In this document: positions 10,216 to 16,696 of the stretch, piece after piece | How positions within the stretch are numbered: the stretch's first letter is position 1 | How the letters are laid out: each line of letters starts with the position of its first letter | Assembly: GCF_006345805.1 (NCBI RefSeq) | Contig: NW_021825122.1 | Location: forward strand, 1 to 16,696 | Length of the DNA stretch: 16,696 nucleotides | Direction of reading: 5' to 3' | Origin: Octopus sinensis | Lineage: Eukaryota | The notes under the pieces: generated by a model | What the model was told of the DNA's origin: nothing | What the model saw: the letters and a program-made list of their open reading frames with translations, nothing else | Databases searched by the model: none | Position numbers and translations under genes: made by a program

Positions 10216-10545
10216 GGATCGCTTTGTCATAAGGGCCGAAAACATTTAGGATAAGACCATGACAAAGGAAAGTAGGGATTTATAGATGGTTGTGTAAAAA
10301 TAAAACAATAACGATTAACAAAAAAACCCAGAAGAAAAACGCTTCCTCGGTAATGGGGAGTACTACTCAGGGACAACCCAGGTAACCCATCGATCCTGGG
10401 TTAGCATAGCTGCCATGGGCACCCATCACAGAGAGGCACCCTTTCTCTCCTTCACTCACTCCAGCTTGCCAGGATGCAAACTCAGAGCAGGCCGACTCAC
10501 TCGGACAGAGGAAAACTGACCACCTTGTCCGGCTGAGACGTTGAT
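10216..10545 (-). mobile_element. Possible LINE 3' end/3' UTR (L1/Tx1-like) abutting (ATC)n
   Basis: GC-richer segment ending on the minus strand in a 9-bp stem (ctttgtcat 10222-10230 / atgacaaag 10259-10267) directly followed by the (CAT)n tract at 10156-10215. No diagnostic protein motif. Confidence 0.4.
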
Positions 10546-10875
10546 ATATTTGCTCCCCTACTTTTAGGGAAGAAGTGGGTTTTCTTTTCTTAATAGTGAC
10601 GTCACAGTCGCGTGGGAATCAAACGGGAGACGAAGATATATGTGGGTGGTAAAAAAAAAGGAAAAGAAGAAAGAAAAGAGAAAATTGTCAACACAAAAAG
10701 ATAAAAACAAATAAATATAAACAAATGAAAATATCTTTATAAACACTGTGGTAGTCCCCTGTTCTCCCAATTGCTCACTAAACATTGATCCTTCCATGCT
10801 ACTGTCTTCATCTAGTGTTGTCTTTTCTCTCTCGACCTCCTCGCTCTGATCAAGCGCATTTCTTCTGTAAATCAT

Positions 10876-11178
10876 TCTTCCTTTTCTTCTTCTTCTTCTT
10901 CTTCTTCTTCTTCTTCTTCTTCTTCTCTCTTCTTTCTTCTTCTTCTTTCTTCTTCTTCTCCTCATCATCATCATCATCATCATCATTATTATTATTATTA
11001 GTTATTATTATTCACCATCATCACATATTATTCTTATTATTATTATTATTATTATTATTGTTGTTGTTGTTGTTGTTGCTGTTGTTGTTGATGTTGTATC
11101 TTGCCTTGTCGTGGTCAATAGGATTTGACGTGGGAAATTACTAATTATTTTGGTTGCTGATCATACATAAATACATAC

Positions 11179-11217
<39 letters not shown>

Positions 11218-11330
11218 GTATATATATATATATATATATTATCTTTATATATATATATATATATATATATACATACATGCATGTATACACACACTCACAT
11301 ACACATACACACAATATACACACATATATA
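10876..11330. repeat. Compound (CTT)/(CAT)/(TAT)/(TGT) trinucleotide array, then (TACA)/(TA)/(CA)
   Basis: Directly visible. Confidence 0.95.
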
Positions 11331-11654
11331 AGAAGAGAAAGAAAGAGGACCCTATGTAAACTAACGATTTTAAAGATTGAAAGCACGCAGATCAGACGGA
11401 AGGATAATACGAGGTGTGGGCTGTTGTAATGAGACAAACTAGATAAATAAAATCAAATAGAGATAAAGTCGCCACACGACGGGGGTTATGTCTACAAGTT
11501 TCTGATATGCGCCATTTTCTGGGAACGACAACTATACTTATTGTTTTCTTCGTTGTGTCCATGGTCAGAAAAAGAAAAGTTAGAAAATATAAAAAATAAA
11601 AATTGCCCGACCAACTATTATCACTTGATGCAGAGTCCCTATGTCGTCGCTCAA

Positions 11655-11815
11655 TCTGCAAGATATAGCAGCTAAATCTCTGTCAAGTTATATATTATTA
11701 TCTTTGTTGGCTCACATGATCTTACGTTCATTAAATATAGGATGACTATGTGATGGTCGTGGATGGAATGAATTTCATATCATTAGTTTACTTGACCAGA
11801 GCTGACCTAAGGCTG
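11655..11815 (-). repeat. Old dispersed repeat fragment (family D)
   Basis: Reverse complement contains ttgacagagatttagctgctatatcttgcag, similar to ttgagggatattttggcgctatttcttggaagg at 366-398. Confidence 0.45.
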
Positions 11816-11816
11816 T

Positions 11817-11979
11817 GAGAGAGAGAAAGAGAGAGAGAGAGAGTAGGAGAGAGAGATGGGAAAGAGAATTAGAGAAGGGAGAGATAGATAAGAGACATGG
11901 AGATAAATAAGAGAAAGAGAAACAAGAGAGAAATAGAGAAAAGAGAGGGAGACAGACAGAGATACAGACAGACAGAGAT

Positions 11980-12016
<37 letters not shown>

Positions 12017-12123
12017 GAGCAAGATGAAGAAGAGAGGATAGAGAACAAAATGAAAAATGAGAGAGATAGACATGAGGGAGAAGACAGAGGGAGAAAAGAG
12101 AAAATCTAAAATGAAAGACAGGC

Positions 12124-12160
<37 letters not shown>

Positions 12161-12192
12161 CAGGAGGAAAGAAAAGGGGGGGGGAGAGAAAA
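11817..12192. repeat. ~375-bp purine-rich (GA)n/(GATA)n low-complexity tract
   Basis: Directly visible purine/pyrimidine strand asymmetry. Confidence 0.93.
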
Positions 12193-12584
12193 GTGCAGTT
12201 TTTCCCCTTACTGATTTAATGTGAGAACAGAAATCTCTGCCCGTCATTGGATTAAACAAACAGCCGGCTGAAGATACACACTCATTCTGTCAGCGTATTT
12301 TGTAACAGGTCTATCTTTCTCTCCTTTTTGCTTCTGTGTTTCTATGTTTCCTGTCCTTTATAATAGTTTACAAATGTCTTTCTTTCGTTCTTTGCATTTT
12401 TCTTTTGTGCTTTTATTGCTCCCTTCCTTCGTTTCGAATCCCAGTATTCGGCCACATTGCAATGCTATCGGTTTCAACTTGATGAAAAACGATGATGAAT
12501 AAAAAGCTCGACTTGAATGTACGAAACGCTATTCAATAAAATTCGCCGATTATGGTAAATATATCCTTAACAATACCATCATCT

Positions 12585-12720
12585 TAGTTATCGTCACTCC
12601 TCCTCCTCCTCCTCCTCCTCATCATCATCATCATCATCACCATCATCATATCATCATCATCATCATCATCATCACATCATCATCGTTATCGTCATCGTCG
12701 TCGTCATCATCATCATCATC
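12585..12720. repeat. (CCT)n/(CAT)n/(CGT)n microsatellite
   Basis: Directly visible. Confidence 0.95.
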
Positions 12721-12908
12721 AGATAGACCATACAACCCTTCCTCGGAGCTCAAATCCTGCATTACCATGCGGCGATTTCATAGTTCACATCTTTGAATCC
12801 CCGGTGATGACATCTGGAAAGAAGAATTTGCGAGATTTCCACACTGTTTGGTCGAGGTGTTCGAAGTGTGAACGATGGCTCTGCCTCTTCTTTTGCTCAC
12901 TGTTTATG

Positions 12909-12937
12909 AGGCGGCGGCGGTGGTGGTAGTCGTAGTC

Positions 12938-12975
<38 letters not shown>
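12909..12975. repeat. (GGC)/(GGT)/(AGT)n microsatellite
   Basis: Directly visible. Confidence 0.95.
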
Positions 12976-13290
12976 TAACTCAATTTGAAATTTACCATCA
13001 TTGGAAAATAGAGACCAATTCAGTTTTTCTTTTCGCTTACGTTGTCCGGAGTGTATAACCAATGTCGTCTCTTGTCTTATACTTGTGTTTCATCCTTGTT
13101 TTTATAGGGAACCTCTGTCAGTCAAGGTTCACCATTTCCCAGCACACATGCATAGAACTCGTCAAAATGCTTCTTTTTTTTTCTTTTTCTCTTTTTATTT
13201 TAGGAGGACTGGCAGCTTCTCATGTATTTCAAGTCTCCCCTCTCAACTTCATCGATGTTTATCCAAAGGAAAGACCACTGATATATCATT

Positions 13291-13456
13291 CTTTTCTACT
13301 CTAGGCACAAGACCCGAAATTTGGGGGGAGGAGGCAGTCGATTAGATCGACCCAGAAACCCAACTGGTACTTAATTTATCGACCCCGAAAGGATGAAAGG
13401 TAAAGTCGACCTCGGCGGAATTTGAACTCAGAACGTTTCTGCCTGCTTGCCGCCTT
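13291..13456 (-). mobile_element. SINE family C with internal deletion and alternative 3' tail
   Basis: Minus strand reads aaggcggcaagcaggcagaaacgttctgagttcaaattccgccgaggtcgactttacctttcatcctttcggggtcgataaattaagtaccag. 17-bp TSD with 2 mismatches: accactgatatatcatt (13274-13290) and accgctgatataacatt (13457-13473). Confidence 0.9.
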
Positions 13457-13929
13457 ACCGCTGATATAACATTGATACAGCTTGGCAGCCAGTGGTGATA
13501 CAGGTGTTGCCGTCCGAAAATAAAGGGCCGGGACGGAATGTATATCGCACGGCACCTTGACCGACCTTCTGACAGTTCTTTCCAAACAGCTCTCTTATCA
13601 AATATTACCTCTTGAACATTCAGTAAAAATAAAGAAATGTTATTGTGGCTTCAATCGTTACAGTATCAGGCTAAACAATTTGTCTAATAATAAAACTCAT
13701 TCTTTCTTTCTTAAATTGTTTCTCTTAATCTTTTTTGTTCTGTAGAATTTCCACAGGTCCTACTTGTTTCTATTATATTCCCTAAATTTTTAACCTTAAA
13801 ATATTTTTAAACAAAAAACTTTACATGTGAACTGCACTAAAAATTTATGTAGTTGATCGCTTGTGCATTAAAAATACAAGACGACTGACAGTCATGAAAA
13901 TAATCCTCTATAGCAGTGAACCCCAACTA

Positions 13930-14495
13930 TTGGGTTGTCCGGAAAGTTCTTGCCGATTTTTAAAGGAAAGAAAAAGGTCAATAAATACTTGCCATTACAT
14001 TATTAGTCAACCAAATATGAACCATTTTGTTGCACAATGCGTCTCTATCTTTCCTTTAACTTGAAAATACCTTCTTCCCAGAATTGAGGTGGTTTCATGG
14101 CAACGAAGTCACCAGGTATCTTTTTACGTCATTCAAGGAATTGAAATTTTTACCATTAAGACTATTCTGCAGAGACCTGAATAAGTGGAAATCAGAAGGA
14201 GCAATATCTGGTGAATATGGAGGGTGGGGTAACACATCCCAGCCGAGCTGTTGCAATTTTTGTCTGGTTCCCAAAGCATCAAGTGCCGAAAATGAACTTT
14301 CTTATCTTCCATTTTAAAGGGTTACAGAATTAACACAGTTTATAAGGAACATAAACCTTCTTCCACGAAAAGAGAGCTTAAACTGTCCTCTAAATGGAGG
14401 TGTAGTCAAATCCTATTTTATGGACTCAACCATGTTCTAAAATAAATCGAAATGTAAGCTACTATAAATCGGCACGAGCTTACCGGACAACCCAA
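13930..14495 (-). mobile_element. Internally deleted non-autonomous mariner element (mellifera-like subfamily by motif)
   Basis: 30-bp TIRs ttgggttgtccggaaagttcttgccgattt (13930-13959) and aaatcggcacgagcttaccggacaacccaa (14466-14495), each flanked by TA. Minus-strand remnant 14312-14003 reads MEDKKVHFRHLMLWE, then TRQKLQQLGWDVLPHPPYSPDIAPSDFHLFRSLQNSLNGKNF..FWEEGIFKLKER*RRIVQQNGSYLVD*. Confidence 0.95.
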
Positions 14496-14659
14496 TATTA
14501 TATATTTTTTACAACAGACTGATTTTATGCAAGACAATTTTTCCACACACTTGGGGATCATATACATTATAAAACAATAAAGTGCATAGTATACTATTTG
14601 ATTATTACATACGTAATCTTTTATCGTTTTCTTTTCTTGTTTCAGTCAAATGACTAAAA

Positions 14660-14981
14660 AGACTCCGCCGGTTACGACGACGAGGGTCCCAGCTGACACG
14701 ATCAACGGAACAGCTTGTTCGTGAAATTAACGTGCAAATAGCTGAGCATTCCACAGACACGTGTACCCTTAACGTAGTTCTCGGGGATAATCAGCGTGAC
14801 ACAGAGAGTGACAAGGCTGACCCTTTGAAATACAAGTACAACTCATTTTTGCCAGCTGAGAGGACTGGAGCAACGTGAAATAAAGTGTCTTGCTCAAGGA
14901 CACAACGCGTCGCCGGGAATCGAACTCACAACCTTACGATCATGAGCCGAATGCCCTAACCACTAAGCCACGCGCCTTCAC
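14660..14981 (-). mobile_element. tRNA-derived SINE family A (tail variant 2), full length
   Basis: Minus strand has A-box tggcttagtgg, B-box gagttcgattcc and CORE-like ttgtgtccttgagcaagacactt. Perfect 15-bp TSD gtcaaatgactaaaa at 14645-14659 and 14982-14996. Confidence 0.93.
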
Positions 14982-15005
14982 GTCAAATGACTAAAACAAG
15001 AAAGA

Positions 15006-15158
15006 GACACAAGGCCAACAATTCTTGAGGGAAAAGAGTCGACCGATTACTTGATATGTACTTCATTTAATCGACCTCGGACGGATGAAAGGTGAAGCTG
15101 AACCTGGAAGATACACCACGAAGCAATTTTCTTGGATGCACTAAAGAATCTGCCACCT
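15006..15158 (-). mobile_element. SINE family C, old copy
   Basis: acacaaggcc..gtacttcatttaatcgacctcggacggatgaaaggtgaag..tctgcca aligns to 13304-13445. Confidence 0.65.
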
Positions 15159-15186
15159 CTTCGATATTACTGCTGTTGCTACTGCT

Positions 15187-15195
15187 AATAATAAT

Positions 15196-15231
<36 letters not shown>

Positions 15232-15263
15232 TAATAATAATAATAATAATAATGATAATAATA

Positions 15264-15307
<44 letters not shown>
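15187..15307. repeat. (AAT)n grading into (GAT)n microsatellite
   Basis: Directly visible. Confidence 0.97.
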
Positions 15308-15569
15308 ACTCTCTTTTACTCTTTTACTTGTTTCAGTCATTTGACTGTGGCCATGCTGGAGCACCGCCTTGAGTCGAGCAAATCGACCCCAGGACTTATT
15401 TTTTTGTAAGCCTAGTACTTATTCTATCGGTCTCTTTTTGCCGAACCGCTAAGTTACGGGGACGTAAACACACCAGCATCGGTTGTCAAGGGATGTTGGG
15501 GGGGGGGACAAACACAGACGCACAAACATAATATTCTCACACATACATACATATATATATATACGACGG
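15308..15569 (-). mobile_element. SINE family B, copy 4 (5'-truncated)
   Basis: Reverse complement of the 3' half of 3441-3849, including the (taaaagag)2 tail. Confidence 0.92.
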
Positions 15570-15774
15570 ACTGATAATGATTTCTTTATTAACCACCAGG
15601 GTTTATATGAAGAAAACATTATGGACAGCACAGGATAAAGCAAAAAAAAATGTGTGTGTGTATGTGTGTGAGTGTGAGTAGTTTTGAGAGTTTTGCGTAT
15701 AAACAAGACTAATAAAATTGAGAAAAAAAAAAGAAAAAAGCGATCAACAATGTGCAATCCTCAATAACAGTAAT

Positions 15775-15999
15775 TTCTTATTTAGGCACCAGGCTAGAAA
15801 TTTCTTGAAGGAGTTGACAGGTACTTTATTATATTTTCCCCGGAGTGGCTGTGTGGTAAGTAGCTTGCTTACCAACCACATGTTTCCGGGTTCAGTCCCA
15901 CTGCGTGGCACCTTGGGCAAGTGTCTTTTACTATAGCCTCAGGCCGACCAAAGCTTTGTGAGTGGATTTGGTAGACAGATACTGAAAGAAGCCCGTCGC

Positions 16000-16053
<54 letters not shown>

Positions 16054-16365
16054 TGTGTGTGTGTGAGTGTGCGTGTTTGTGTGTCTGTAATTGTCCCCCA
16101 ATATCACTTGGCAACCGATGCTGGTGCGTTTACGTCCCCGTCACTTAGCTGTTCGGCAAGAGAGTCCGATAGAATAAGTACTAGGCTTACAAAGAATAAG
16201 TCCTGGGGTCGATTTGCTCGACTAAAGGCGGTGCTCCAGCATGACCACAGTCAAACGACTGAAACGAATAAAAGAATAAAAGATGAAAAGCAGAGTCGCC
16301 CTCGACAGGATTCGAACTCCGAACGTAAAGATCCAGAACAAATACCGTAAAAGATTTTTTCCGGT
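15775..16365 (-). mobile_element. Old SINE family C copy split by SINE B copy 5
   Basis: 15775-15841 (taggcaccaggc..gaaattt..ggtactttatt..cccc) and 16281-16365 (gatgaaaagcagagtcgccctcgacaggattcgaactccgaacg) join into the order seen at 13300-13436. Confidence 0.65.
15842..16282 (+). mobile_element. tRNA-derived SINE family B, copy 5 (near full length)
   Basis: Colinear with 3441-3849, with an expanded internal (TA)/(TG) tract and an (aataaaag)2 tail. Confidence 0.93.
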
Positions 16366-16696
16366 TGTAGAACAAGAGGTACAAGATAGCATGTCACTTC
16401 CTATTGCTCTACTAATAACAACTTTAAAGGCATAAATATCAAGCTACCGAATTAATGAGGAGCTTTTGTGCTTAGTCAACAAGAGACCAACAACCTTGCT
16501 GAGAAAAAGCATAATCTTCACAGCTTGTTAATCTTCCTCGTCTACTAAAAACTTAGCATTTCATGTGCCATGTAAGAAATAATTATATATATTTGCTGTT
16601 GTTTGTGTATATGTCAATACTTGGGTGTTTATATACGGGCGTGAGTGTATGTGTACGTACGTTTGCTTATGTATGCGAACGTATATTTGTATAAGT

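Noticed and set aside
10564-11144. Poly-M/R/K and poly-F/S/L ORFs
   Set aside because: Trinucleotide repeat artefacts.
11485-11525. Minus-strand hammerhead-like layout (ccagaaaatggcgcatatcagaaacttgta)
   Set aside because: The core CUGANGA is absent and the stems are too weak to support a call.
12425-12460. B-box-like gtttcgaatccc suggesting a tRNA
   Set aside because: No A box or cloverleaf nearby.
12767-12814. Minus-strand 48-nt exon candidate (ttcttctttccag...gtaatg; CHHRGFKDVNYEIAA)
   Set aside because: Weak donor, unrecognised peptide, and opposite strand to the stronger microexon candidate.
14905-14981. tRNA gene on the minus strand
   Set aside because: It is the tRNA-derived head of a TSD-bounded SINE with no proper acceptor stem.

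Overview
AT-rich, microsatellite-dense eukaryotic non-coding DNA. The SINE families and repeat style suggest a coleoid cephalopod such as Octopus (inference from recognition, not from a search). No intact protein-coding gene is supportable: the ORF track is almost entirely microsatellite or SINE read-through. The window holds at least three tRNA-derived SINE families (called A, B and C here), several with target-site duplications (TSDs) and nested insertions. It also holds a 5'-truncated RTE LINE tail inside a SINE, a decayed Tc1-like transposon with apparent DD36E spacing, an internally deleted mariner with both TIRs, a 136-bp spacerless palindrome, and many simple repeats. The best non-TE signal is a candidate 9-nt microexon at 7231-7239 (+) with a consensus GTAAGT donor, an upstream TGC motif and a ~307-nt AG-free zone, which would make the window intronic to a + strand gene. 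I see no convincing new multi-gene system.
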